Shown in pieces: positions 26,501 to 40,500 of a DNA stretch of 64,000 nt; the stretch's first letter is position 1; each line of letters begins with the position of its first letter. This DNA is from Chara braunii (lineage: Eukaryota; Plantae; Charophyceae), in NCBI GenBank assembly GCA_003427395.1, contig BFEA01000004.1:2229738-2293737 (forward strand), in the 5' to 3' direction. The notes beneath the pieces are model-generated. The model worked only from the letters and a program-made list of their open reading frames with translations, had not been told where the DNA came from and did not search any database. The translations under genes and the position numbers were made by a program.

Positions 26501-29500
26501 AATGTTGTCGACTTACGTTACAAATATGCTTTCGTGCAAGCATGCTTTCGAATGTTATAAATATGCTCACATTCAAAACACTGACGAATAATGTAAATAG
26601 TGTGTCTTTCCCCATTGAATTAAAGATCTAGCATCATAACTGATCCTCCGCCTTCACTGCCAAGAGTCGCTTGCTGTTATGCTCATATCGCTAACTGTGT
26701 TTTCACTTCACTTACTCTCATGATGATATCGCTCACTCGACCTCACTTTGACTGATTTGACTGATTCCTTTCTTTTTGTTGTTTTTGCTCTGTGATCTTC
26801 CTTTCTTTTTTCTTTTTTTTTTTTTCCTCTGTGGTTTCACTCGCTGTCATGTTGATATCAATCACTGTAATTTCACTTCATGCCAACGCACGCCATCAAG
26901 AGAACAAAGTTCTTTTGAAGTCACAAATCACTAGCAACCCGGAGCAAGAAGGCAACATAATTATAAATTGTAGTCTCATGCAAGCAGAATCACTGGATGA
27001 GGTGCAGAACAGTGAACTGACCCTCCTGCGCTGCAGCTGCCTTCTCCAGATCTCTTGGTAGAAACACCATCCCCACTCCGGTGTTGTTTTCATCCAAGGG
27101 ATCAAGGCCCTTCTCCTTCGCCCACTCATTGAACAGTGCCCAAGGAATGCGAGTCATCACCCCAGCGCCATCTCCTGACCTGTTATCCGCACTGCACGCC
27201 CCTCGATGCTCCATACATCCAAGTGCAATCAATGCCTGCTCTACAATCTTATGGCTTGCCTTGTTCTTCAGATTGGCTATCACTCCGACACCACATGCAT
27301 CCCTCTCCTTCAAGAGATCCTCCATGTCCACCACCTGTGCACCACACCAGCATGCAAGAAACCCAAAACATAAACCACCACATGTAGCGCATGCGCCACA
27401 CTTAACCGAGGAATCGGATTTTTCCAACAAGAAAGAAAAAAAGAAGTGCATGCGCACCACTAACCGAGGAAATGGATTTTCCCAACAGCCGAGGAAACAG
27501 GTTGAACAGAATTCTGAGTACTGTGGCGCAGAGTGAGAAGGAAAATGAGAAAGGATGAACTCAAAGCAGCAGAGCACAAACAGATCTTGGAGAATAACTT
27601 CCTGGCAGGGGATAAGATTGCAGCAATCAAGGGACACAGCCTAGTATTGGCAATATGGGAGGAGGGCACAAATGCTCCACAAAGTTCGGCGCAAACAGAA
27701 ACACATTCGCTCAACACGAATCGTTCGGCATCCACATGGAATCCTCGTAAAAAAGAGCAATGGACCGATCGACCACACCGCTAGGACACAGGTAGTACAC
27801 TAAACAAAACACAGCACAGTAATTAGGCAAGACCTAGGAGCATAGACAGGTTGTGGAAATAGCTCGGGCAGGGTAAAAAGTCTTAGCAAAGTCACCAGAA
27901 CGCAGCATTCCAGACCAGTTCAAGCTTCGCCAACCACATGATATTGATAAGACCTAGACAAAGGACCACCAGGATTAGGGTTTAGCCCATCCAGCAGCAA
28001 GTAGCCAGGCTAGCACGTCCGGCGCTTCATGTAGATCCGACAGCCAAACAGCTGAGAGGAACAAGTTAGACCAAGCCCGGATAAGACGGCTACAACAGCA
28101 AGCGGACAGAGAGGTACAATGACTGGCAATCACAGATCCAAAGTAAGTCTTGTTAGCATAACTTAGGCAGGGGTGAGGGGTGGTACATCCTTCCCAAAGG
28201 GAAGTAATCAATGTCGTCCACTCGGGCCTCTTAATCTTAATGGAGAGGAGTGTGTGTGAGCTACCTCTTGTAACAGCTTCTGACTTACCGGTGGAATAGG
28301 AGCTGGCCTGCTGCTCCCCAGAATGGAAAGGAGCCAGAACCTTAAGGTTCTGCGCATGGACTACCAAATCCGAAGCGGATCTCAACCAAAAAAACAAAAG
28401 AAAGCATAGGTGGGGAACAGCCCACAACAATCGGATTCAGTGGTGCCCACAGCTCCCCCCTCCTCCCCCATATCCAGCCTATCATCGAGTGGGAACCGTG
28501 GTTTAGATCTCTGTGGATCAGCAGCTGCCACGTTTCCGTTTATTTAAACCACCAGTACCTTTCCCCGCTTGAAAATAGAAGTCGCGCCTGAAAGCAACCC
28601 TGTGGAGACAATTCCCCGAGCTCGTCTATTATTTGCAAATCACCAGTCCAACCAAGCCTATCGTGTCCAACGTCGGTTTACACCAACCCTGGCTGGACAT
28701 CCCACACTTTATTCACGACGGTTACCGGACTCCTACCGTTGTTGGGGTCCGAGGGTCGGGGGCTGACGTCATTTTCCAACGCAGTGACCTCACCCGGCAC
28801 TGCCCACAACCTCCATTTGCCTAGATGGCAGTGGATAAGGCCCCACTATGGGCTGGTGGTATAAACCACCACTACCTCTGAGCCTCTTTTTGCCAAGGCG
28901 GAAGAGAACCGTGTGCCAAACCCCCATATGCCTGGATGCCAGTTTAAGGCTTTAAGCCACCGCTACCTCTTTTTGCCAAGGCGGAAGAGAACCGTGTGCC
29001 AAACCCCCATTTTGCCACGGCCAAAAAGAAATGCGTACCAAGCTTTGCCGAAGCACCACTGTGATCTTTCTCTTTCCTTTCAGCTGGCACGGCAAGACAT
29101 TGTGATCCAGCAACACTGCTGCAACACTGTTCACCAGAAGAACCCAGAATGTTACAATTCTGATTCTCGACATTGCCTGGGAAAGGTAGTGGTGGTTTAA
29201 GCCTTGGGGCAATTCCAAAAATACAGCCCCAGTTGATTTCCCACTTGTGTCCAACTGTACCCAGATACACAGATGCCATTAATAACAATTAATATAGGTT
29301 ATGAACCTTGATGTTTCCCATTGTCCCGATACATGTTGACAGGCAACTATCCAAATATTCAACCTTCTCGGGGATATCTATCTTGCCATTCCCCCCTGCA
29401 TTATATCATTCAGCTACACCATAGGCAGGGACAGCCCCTTAACTTCTTAGGGTACCCACTCGAATTTGTTTACCAAGGTCACAAGGGCATTTGTGAAATT

Positions 29501-31518
29501 TACCTTTCTAGGGCACCCACTGAATTCTGGTCAAGGGCATTCATTGGGATTTTGACCCCTTCAAGATTTTGACCCCTATTCGCTCCAATTTGCATGGACT
29601 ACCCTAAGGACCACCCCCAATGGAATTCAAATTTCGAACTGTGTATCAACCGCTCTGCAAGTTCTTCATTCAGCCACTGACAATGGGATTCCGTCCCAGT
29701 AGGTGCCTCTTTTTCCCTCTTTTTTTCCCTCTTCCCTGCTGGGACCACGGTAATAACAGAGGTCCCCTGGAATGATCCAGCAATGCTAACGATCTTTTGT
29801 CAAGGCCATGGTAATAACATCCTCTGCAAAGAATCCAAAGCTGGATATGAACAGAGCACCCTAGGGCATAAACTTCACAATGAACCACATACCTAGTATG
29901 TCACTGCCCAAAACTACATGAACTATTTAACCCCGAGTACATTTCCCAGCTATTTTTTTCTGACGCAGCTGTTCCCCCACTGTGTACTTTGGGGCTCAGC
30001 CTACCAAACAGAAAATCTGACAAAGCAGTACCGCAGCGCGAGGCTACAAAACACTGGAAATCAACATCGGAAATAAGAGCCCCGGACGGGGTGCTGCAGA
30101 AAAACTGGCAGCATGGTGCACGGTTCCCAGAATTCATCGGTAGCAGGGTGTTTGATCTGATGGATCACCAAGAAACAGGCACAGCCTCCTCCATTCAACC
30201 CGGCGCACGTGACAATCAATCGGCTTAGGCAGGTACAAGCGTATCTCAGTGCTTGGTAGTAGTGGGCCAGTGCCTCTGATGGCAGGTGTTTTTTTTTTTT
30301 CGTCTTTTCTTTTTTGGGCATGTGTTTTCCATATGATTCTTCGTTGCTTACCTTGGCACTCGTAATGTGATACTTACCATTTCTCATGTCGGTCTTACCA
30401 ACGACCCTTGTTTGAGTGTTTCTAGTAACTTTCTACTCTACCCTCTGACTGCAGGTGTTTTCCATATGATTCTTAGGCAAGAGGGCCGGAAAATGCAGCA
30501 CAAAAGGCACCAAGAGAGAGAGGGAGGGAGGGAAGGAGAGGAGAGTACATGAGAGGGGGGATGGGGCATATGCATGGGGCGCATGGAGAGGAAGCAAAGG
30601 AATGTACTGATGGCGGACACTCAGGCTCTGGCGACTGAGACACCACGGCCCTCCCTGTGATGCCAATCTACTCCCTGTTAGAGCTTTCAGAGTTATGCCG
30701 CAGCTTTAAGTCCAGGATTTAGAGTCTTCGGGCTTGAGCCCTTCCCAAACAGGGCTACCAGCGGAGCATTTTGGTTTTGGCACAGACGTCTTCAGCAGCG
30801 ACCACCGCATAATGCCCAATTTTAACCTGAAGAGAACTCCCATAGAGTAGAAATCGAACCAGCCACAGTCAGGCTGGTGTTACCAATTACACCCTCCCGG
30901 TGGACGACTGCAAGCGTCAGCAGGGGGGGGGAGGGGTGCAAGGTGCTGGTTTACGAAGGACAAGTACGGGCCTCGTTTTGCCAGCTCTTGGATTACTGAC
31001 CATAATGGATCAGGGTGTTCAACTTCGCCGGCCTGCTCCTAGACTCCCGAGACCAGCACCTCCAGGCCTTGTCTTTTACCTCATCCTTGCACAGGAGGGC
31101 ATGCTAAATTTCTCCGTATCATTCTAATTTCTACAGATATCCCAAAGGATACCAGTACACCCCAGCCTCTTTTCCATTGCCCTAAACCTGTGCCTGCCGC
31201 CTGGACTACTGACCATCATGGTCAGGGTGCTCAATTTCGCCCGTGCCCCTATGCTACCAACCGCCAGGGTGCTCCAATTTCACCCGTCCCCCTATGCTAC
31301 CAACCATCAGGGTGCTCAATTTCGCCCGTGCCCCTATGCTATCAACCATCAGGGTGCTCAATTTGACCGGACATGGGCTACTGACCATCATGCAGTCAGG
31401 GCTCACTGAGGGTCACCAGTGTTTTTGCTCCGACAGGTCGAACCTGATCGCAGCACTCTGCTACGTGGGGCCTGGCGCAGAACAGGAGCCTTGCCGTGGC
31501 GTACTGGTGGTCCGGGGA

Positions 31519-31557
<39 letters not shown>

Positions 31558-34500
31558 CCCCCCCTGTCAGCTGTTTCCGATTTCTTTAACCACCCTGCCA
31601 AGACTATGTGCAGCTTCGAAGCTTCCCTTTCCCATCTGTTATTTTCCAGTTATGTTTCCCATTTTCTTCAGAGATTCTAACACAGTGGTAGTTTAAGGTC
31701 TAAGGCAACCCATGCCACACACACCACATCACACAGTAAATGTATCTGGATCGTCACGCCCATGCTCTATTATATATCAAAGTGTATCCCACTGCTGGTG
31801 GCCCATTCCGCCAACAGCACGTCCAGGCCTACAGTAGGACCCCCTAGCAGCAGCCATAAATATATAAACATTCAGGGTTGACAATCACTCGGATCGAATT
31901 CGAGTGTATTCCAGTGCAACCGTGCAAGTGGATTCTAGCCCTCAATCCTCATGGCCGTCAAAAACACCAACCTCTCATTTTCCTAGTTCTCTTCCTGTTC
32001 TTTCTTGGTAAGACAACAGAGAAGTCCGTTCAGGTTCCGAAAGGACAAAATTTGAGCCTGTCAGATTCCCTGTGAATCCACAGATAGGCAGGTGCATTCC
32101 CACAGAGCTGGTTTCTGGATTTGCAGATGGAAGTGGGGCCCCTTTTTTCTCACCTGGCCCTGAAAGTGGCCACGTAACTGCCATTTTTAGGGCCCTTTTT
32201 TCTCACCTGGCCCTGAAAGTGGCCACGTAACTGCCATTTTTATTACATTCGCGTCCCCGGGAGCCCAGTTGTCGAGAATTCTTCCGACAGAACATCGAAC
32301 CTAACTGGCATTTTTATTACCTTCGCGTAGCCGGGAGCCCAGTTGTCGACAATTCATTGAAGACTCGACGGTGAAAGAGCAGCTAAGTGAGTGCACCCCC
32401 CGCCTCTTCACAAAATTGTACATACTATCAGATTGTAAGAGGCCACAACTCTTTTTTTCTCCCCATTTATCTTTCAATAACTTTCCTAACAAAAGAAAAA
32501 AAGCAACCAAAGAATCATTTGTGAAAAGCAGGTTGATGGGATGCCACTCCCTGTTGTTACTTTGGCAAAAATGAGGGCATGCTCACAGTCAAGACTTTTT
32601 TAAGTTCTCTCGGTGTAATTGAGGTTAGATGCGTTCAGGCCACCAGTCAGTCGCCTCTACTTCTTTCAATTTGCCTTCCTGTAAATTTCAAAAAAGGAAA
32701 AAAAAAAAAAAAATCGTCCTGGAAACAAGAAATAGTCCTGCAGCAAGGTCCCACTAGCAAAGAGGATTGGATTTAACGCCTGAATGTGGACGTGTTGGAG
32801 GAGAGGGTGCAGAGAATCGCAATTCTTTTTCTGCTTTTCCGCATCTCTTTGTAAACCACATCCATATTCAGGCGCTTACTCCAATCCTCTTTGCTAGTGG
32901 GACCTCGAACCTGGGGTGCAGTTCCACTACCCAGCGAATATGATGGGACTCTCCCCGTGCAACTGCCATGTGACACCCAAAAAAGGTAACCAAAGCATTT
33001 AAAAAACAGTGAATGACGTGGAAAAACAAAAAAACAAGATGGTTATTTCTTCCTTTCCTGCCGGCATTGTGCCTGTGATGTCAGCCCACTCAAACCTTTG
33101 TGGCTCATAATAGGCTACTGCTAAATTCTTGCAAGGTTTGGATATCGCTCCCTCTGACACATCCAATTCTTACCAGAATCCAAATACCTTTGTGCTTTTT
33201 ATTTCCGCTTTTCACTTGGAACGTGACTGGCTTCTTATGTGAGCTCCATTGCCATAGAAATCAGTCAGGAAGTGACAGGAAACCGAAATGTTCAATGAAT
33301 TTGAAAAATCCAAACGACAAATGACATAGCATGCATGCTGTAAACCGCAATATGAAAAATGATGGAACACACTAATGGGCCTTGCTCCACTAGGCACCAC
33401 ATGTGCAAGAGACAAACAATATGGCGGTGCATCGTCCCGTGTTCTAGCCGAAGATTCATTCTCATTTTGCACACTTGGCGAGTAGTGGAGCAAGGCCCTA
33501 TACCTGCACATCCACAGTCATCTCTCCATCAGGCAGGGTTGCCAAAATCCTATTCTACGTTTCGTCCTACAGGAGGTAGTGGAACCCTTCTTATGCACAC
33601 CATTTTTTTTTAGCGCCGATGACAAGGCACACACACCTGCCAAGAGGGTATCCCAGCCATTTAGACCAAAAACGAAAAACAAAGAAAGTGTACCCAGCCA
33701 GGTGGCTTCAGCAACATGCAGTCAGGATAAGCTCCACTATGACAGAGCACACATATAGGGCCTCAGTGCATCTACCCACAGAAGGTGGCAAGACACATCG
33801 GTCACTTTTAAATAGTAGCGTATGCAAAAGTAACAGATGCACCTTGCCACTTGCATGACAACATGCACTCACATTTTTATCGTTTCGATAGTCTGGGAAC
33901 AGATGCACCCTGCCACTTTCATGAGAGCATGCACTCACATTTATGATGTTTCTCGTTTCGAAAGTGCGGGAGGCCCGTAGGTCGAGAGGCAGACAGCACA
34001 ATAGCAGGACAGACAACAAAAAGATCGTCCAAGTGGCTTTGGCCGAGTGGTTAAGGCGTGTGCCTGCTAAGTACATGGGTTATACCCGCGAGAGTTCGAA
34101 TCTCTCAGGCCACGGTGCGGGGAAGTCAAATAGTCCCTCTCACAATTTTCCTTCACTTTCTTCTTCATTTCAGGTGAAACGTCCCCAGGGGCCTCGTCCC
34201 ACTTCCTCAAAGCCCGGGTCTGGACATGCTTGTGGAGACGTGCAGAAATGGTGTCGAGCTGACTCAACCGCGCATCTTCACGAACACGTCCAGATTCAGG
34301 CAATGACATGGGATATACCCACGAGAGTTCGAATCTCTCAGGCCACGGTGCGGGGAAGGCAAATAGTCCCTCTCACAATGTTTCTTCATTTTCTTCTTGG
34401 TTTCGGGTGAAATGTCCCCTGGGACCTCGTCCCACTTCCTCAAAACCCAGGTCTGGACATGCTTGTGGAGATGTCCAGAAATGGCGTCAAGCTGCCTCAA

Positions 34501-37500
34501 CCGTGCATCTCCACGAACACGTCAAGATTCAGGCGATGAGAAACCTCAACGCTGCTAGCGGAACGAGGCCCCTGCAATATTCATCACCATGGCGAGTGGT
34601 CAAACCACCAGTACTTGGGCCATACATTGGCCACCGGCCCCTCATGTAAATGCCCCTGACTTTTGGGTTGGGGCTCCGAAACCGGAGCAAAATGGCTGGC
34701 AGCGCGAGCCAAAACAAAGTTGTGCCGATTCGGGGCTTGGTGCATTTCCAGCATCGGGAAGTAGTACTGGTGGTTTAAGGCAGTGCCTGCTAAGTACACG
34801 GGTTATACCCGCGAGAGTTCGAATCTCTCAAGACATGGCGTGTGAAGGCAAGTAGTCCCTGCCATGCTTCTCCTAATTTCCTCTTTTCCTTTTCTTTTCC
34901 ATTTCAGCTGCAGTGTTCCCCTGCAATGTTTGCGACCATGGTGTGTCCAGAGACTGGTCTCCGATAACAGCACCCTTGCAGCACAAGGCATATAAACCAT
35001 AGGGCAGCAGAAGAGCGGAGGATTAGTCAGAACAGAGGAGTCGGAATCAAATAGGGCAAAAGAGGAGGTCAGTTGCGACAAGAATGGCATGGATGATGAT
35101 GAGGGGGTCTCAATGGATGCACTCGTCACTACAACGGCACGACCATGCCCTCACACACACAAAAAACAAAAAAAAACGCAGAAAAATAAGCAGGCCAGGC
35201 AAAAGAGTTAGTTATATTGCCAGTTCACACATGGCAAGAAAATTGGCAGCACCCTTCGCAACTAAGTGAACACGCTACGGGCCTCGTAGCACCACTCGAC
35301 AAATGTGAAGAATACAAAAACTACGGCCCTGTCGGGACATCCATTAAAATTGGAATGATACAGAGAAGCTTAGCATGGCCCCTGCGCCCGGATGACACAC
35401 ATAAATGGAGAAGTGGGGACAGATGATTGGATCGAGACTGGGATAAGCGCATCTGTTCAGACTTACTCATCTGATTGGGGATATGTGGGACAAGTTTGTC
35501 GAGCCATCATCATGAATGCCATGCCATATGGCATTCCAGGAATACTGCATTATTCAAAGGTGATCTTCCTGGCTAAGGGTCAGATGCAGGCTCAGATCGG
35601 GAGGCAGCTGCGCCTTACGATCCTGGTGGACCGGAAACGAAAAGGTCCGATTTGGTTCTCAAAGGCATGAGGAACAGAAAACAACCTGGCTACTTTAGGT
35701 ATTAACCAAAAGGTGATCCTGGGACCATGGTTGTGTAGGAAGCTGTAAACTTCGATAGATAGAAAGCCTGTGCAGTTTTGCACTAAGTTCTCCTGGATTT
35801 TGGTTCTCTCGAGTGCCGAGATTTTCCATTTTTGCCTGTGTAACTAGATAGAAAGCAGATTAGACATCCGCAAGACTGAGAGGTTCAGCAGGCAGAGGTT
35901 AGATCACTCTTTGAGACGGTTTTTGCGACGCTGGACCTTCTCTCCAGCCGGTTAAGTTATCCACAAGCGAAGCCGGCTAATGCTCTCGGTATCTCGCCAC
36001 TTGCTCTCCCGGGTAGACTGTGGGGACCCTGGCCCCGATCCTTCATCCTACGTTTATAAGGTACACAGTGGTGTTTCTTGCCGCATTGTAAGAGACACCT
36101 AGCTGGGTGTTTCTTGCCGCATTGTAAGGTACGCAGTGGTGTTTCTTGCCGTTTATAAGGGATCCTAAGATCCTTAGCTTTAAAAAAAGAAAAAGAAAAA
36201 AAAAAACTCACGACAGTGGGACCACCATGGTGGGTGTTTCTTGCCGCATTGTAATAGACATTCTCCACTTTAGCCAGGCCCCTGTGAACGGGTGCATGAA
36301 GAGAGGAGTGTATACGTACAATGATAAAAGAAGCAGACCAGGGAAGGACGAGACTACCATCTCCCCCCCTATACAACGCTCTCCTGATCATGAATGTGTA
36401 CAAGTGTACAAGCTATCTTTTCTTTTTTTTTTTTTTTTTTTGGGCGGGGGGGAGAGGGGGGGGGTCCACTACAGTCATGATGAGGGTGCATCGAAGACAG
36501 TAGGAAAGAAGAAGATTTAGGAAAGAAGAAGATTTAGGAAAGAAGAAGATTAGAAAAAGAGAAGATCCCTGTGCGCTTATATGCCCACGGAAGTCGTTTT
36601 CTGAATGGAGTCTGACAGAGACACCATTGTCCACAGCCTGGGGTAACCTGTGTACGTGTCAGCTCAGAAAGGATGGGCACAGAGGACAGGTGGTTCAATA
36701 CCGTTCACTGCTTCACCATAGAGGATGTGTGATCCACAATAGCAGAAGAGCATACAGACCGTCTAAGGGTTACAATTTCTCCCCTCGCTACCTGCTAGTG
36801 CTTAATTGATCTATGTTCTCATGCTTACCGGTATTAAACCACCAGTACTTGCCCCATATATCGGACTCGGACCCTTTATCATATACACGCCGCGCTAAGC
36901 AGGCTTCGGGCCTACCAGACCACAATGGCTGGTGACGCCAGGCAACCGGAAAAAAAAAAACCTGCTCTGCCGAGTCTGGCGGTTCAACAAAGCTTGGCAC
37001 GCAGGGTGTTTCCAGCATCGGAGAGAAGTGCCTCGGCTCAGTGGTGGAGGTGAAAAAATATAAGGGCTGCATTATTGTGAAGAAAAAAGAATGGCTAAGA
37101 TCAAGTGTAGTATCTGTTCTGATCAGTTTAATATCTGATCCGTGGTCCATCGGGCCATATATATATATAAAATAAAATAAAAATAAAAAAAGAATACGAA
37201 GAGCATGCAGACAGTCTTCTTAGGACAATATTCATACATCCAAAATTCGGTGTCTGAACCACAAATCCGATCAAATTTCATGGAAAAAGCACTAGTGTGA
37301 GGGTTTTAGATAGGAGATCTGTACCATTGTGAGGGAAACCATAAAAACGAATCATGGTGTGAACCATCAAGCCATAGCCCCGTTGTCAGAGGCATGAGCA
37401 AGGGCAATGTTAGTGGCCAGGTTCACACACAGCTGGCAGATGGACAAAAACGCGGCTGCCAGCCCTCCAAGGCTGGCTCTCACCGGACAAGCACAACATG

Positions 37501-40500
37501 GCTCAAGTTCGCAGTGCCTCCTTGCAACCTATGGGATCCACATAACGATGCTCCCTTGGAAATCTACACATGCTCCCTTGGATATCTACACAGCGGATGG
37601 ATAGTTGCAGAGAGTAGCAGTTCAACTCACCTGGAGAAGCACCACTCTCAAGTTAGCAGTGCCTCATTGCAACCTATGGGATCTGCATACCGAGGCTCGC
37701 CTGGATAAATGCCGTACGTGTCTTGTGCCTCTACACAGCGGATGGGTAGTTGCAGAGAGTAGCAGTTCAGATTACCAGAGGCAACCATGCAGTAGCAGCA
37801 GCAGCCAGATCACAGAGTGAAACCGCCAAGATCTCCAACAAAATTAGAGGCAGAGGATTGCACCCATGCTACACCCATTTGTACGTGGTATGGGGCCATC
37901 TCCCCATCAGGATATCAGGAGGTGGGTACGATCTCAAGAGTCCAGGGAGGGACGCATAGTGGGTTTTGGGAAGTGCATAGATGGTGTGTACAGCAGGAAG
38001 GGGCTCAACACACTCTGGAGCCAGTGGAGAAGGTGGTCACGATCTGGAACAATGTGCAGGTCATCATGGCAACGCACCCACGTAATGTTCCAAGCCTGCC
38101 TGGATGTCCTGCCTGCTTTGCGATAGGCGAGCCATGCTCACTCCCCCACTTGTGTAGTTGGTGAGTTATGATGAACTGCCAACCGTGCATGGAGCGAGTG
38201 AGATATGAGCGGCCAACTGTGCAGTGGTGAGTTATGAACCTGCCCACTATGCAGCGAGTGGATCAAGGAGATTTCAACTTGCAGCAGAAAGCCACATGCC
38301 CAATGACTGTAAAGCCCGGGGGGTTGGGGGGTTGGGGGGTTGGGGGGGGGGGGGGCAGCAAGATCATGGAAACGGAGCAAGTCGAGAGAACACAAATTTT
38401 GAGCGCCCATCGCGCCCAACCATAGGCAATGGGGATATATTATCTGTTTATTCCCATCCAAGACAATTGTTTAGGTGTTTGCCTGACAAATTGTGTTCGA
38501 TTCAAGACCATTGCCACCGAGGTCGCCAGGAATTGCTCAAGGAATTGCCCATGCAATTGACTTGCTCAAGGAGTACCCAAGCAATTGAACTGCTCACGGC
38601 TGCGGAAGGAATTACCAAAGGAGATTGCTCCAGGGACTGCTCAAGGAACTTGCACAGGCCGTAGAAAAGCCTTTCAGGCCGAAATGAAGTCCAGGCATGC
38701 AGCTAAATCCGGAAATTATAGGCAAGCATGCCTTTAATACCAGGAGTCCTTAATAGGGGCATGCCACAGATAACATGAAAATGTAGAGGTAATAGACAAC
38801 TATCCAGAACAAAAAAAGGGAGGAGTTCCCTACCATGACAGCTATTGCCACAGATCACGCTGTGTGTGAGTTCTTCACTTTCGGATTTCATTTTTATTTT
38901 TATCAAATTTTATGTTCATTTTTTTAAAGAAATCCCAGGTTGTTGTAGAGGTCGGATTCCAGACATGCGATGGATGCAGCATCAATCAGTTATTGGTTAT
39001 CCCGACAATTATCACCTTTGTGAGGCTTACCTCCCAACCCATCCTCTCACCAATGCTCCAAGCGCATCCCCTATCCCCACTATCCTACCTCCATGTGCAT
39101 CACTCAGGACTATCATCCTACCATCTAGGAGGGTGACTTGGACCGAAGAGCACCAAGTCTAGGCAGGCTAACGCCCACGGACAAGTCCTGACTGTCCTAG
39201 CTTACCCAAGGCTAGGCGAATCCCGAACGAGCTGGAGGGACTTATATCCCTACCTAGTCCTCGTTGAAGGGAAATTGAATGAGCCTTGTCATGAGGGAAC
39301 TTTGGATGCCAGTCTCAAGCATTCTACTACCAGCCCCCACAGTCAGAGGTTCTACCCATATCAGAGGTGACTTGGACCGAATAGCAGGCATAAGCACCAC
39401 GTCTAGGCAGGCTACCAGCCACCGGAAGGTCCGGACTTTCCTGGCTTCTTGCCCAAGGCTAGGCGGATCCCGGACGAGCGGGAGGGACTTATATCCCTAC
39501 CCAAACCTGGTGCCCTATCCAACCTACCGGTTCCTACTGAAGCATGTACTTACACATGTTCTCTTGACAACCACTGCCACAACAGTATTGACTACGAACA
39601 AACAGACCATGCTTCCCCATGCCTTTAACAATTTTGACCCAAAAGTGCGTGCTCGTAACTTTCAGATTCTTGCGCATGTTTTTCTTGACCCAAAAGTGTG
39701 TGATCTTAACTTTCAGATTATTGTGCATGTTTCCTTGACAACCACCTCCGCAACGGTATTGGCTGAGAACAAATAGATCATACTTCCCCATGCCATTAAC
39801 AATTCTGGCCCAAAATCTACTCTGGAAATTGGGCCAGGCTATTGGCGGTTCAACAAGCCTTGCATACAGCAGTACTTGCAACATTGGGCAGCCCAGCCCA
39901 GCCCAGCCCTACCCAGCACTTCCGCCGTGCATAGAATCTCGGCGTGAACATTTCACCGATCAGGTTTCAGGTTTCCTACCCAGGTATTAGTTGGGCATCG
40001 GCCGTGCATAGAATCTCAGCATGAACATTTCACCGATCAGGTTTCAGGTTTCCTATCCAGGTATTAGTTGGGCATCCGCCGTGCATAGCATCTCGGCGTG
40101 AACACTTCACCTATCAGGTTTCAGGTTTCCTACCCAGGTATTAGTCATTTCACCGATCAGGTTTCAGGTTTCCTACCCAGGTATTAGTTGGGCATATTTA
40201 AAAAAAGAAGAAGAAAGTACCCTATCAGTTCCGCAACCATGTCCCAAAGCAGGACAACAGAGTACGGGTAGATTTCAGGTCCCTGCCATCCGATCTGAAA
40301 ATATCATGGCCATACTGTGGCCACATTGAAAGCTACTCGAACTTGCTTCAGGATGACATGCACAGATTGAGAAAACTACTCAAAACCTCATCTATCCTCA
40401 ACCCACCGTCATCATGACTGTACTGAATCGGAAAGATACCTTATATACCCTTGCTATTCTTGCAGGCTACGATAGTGGGATCTGCTTACTCCCAGTACCC

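Noticed and set aside
39923-40195. CRISPR-like periodicity
   Set aside because: Units are head-to-tail with no unique spacers, the context is eukaryotic and there are no cas genes; it is a minisatellite.
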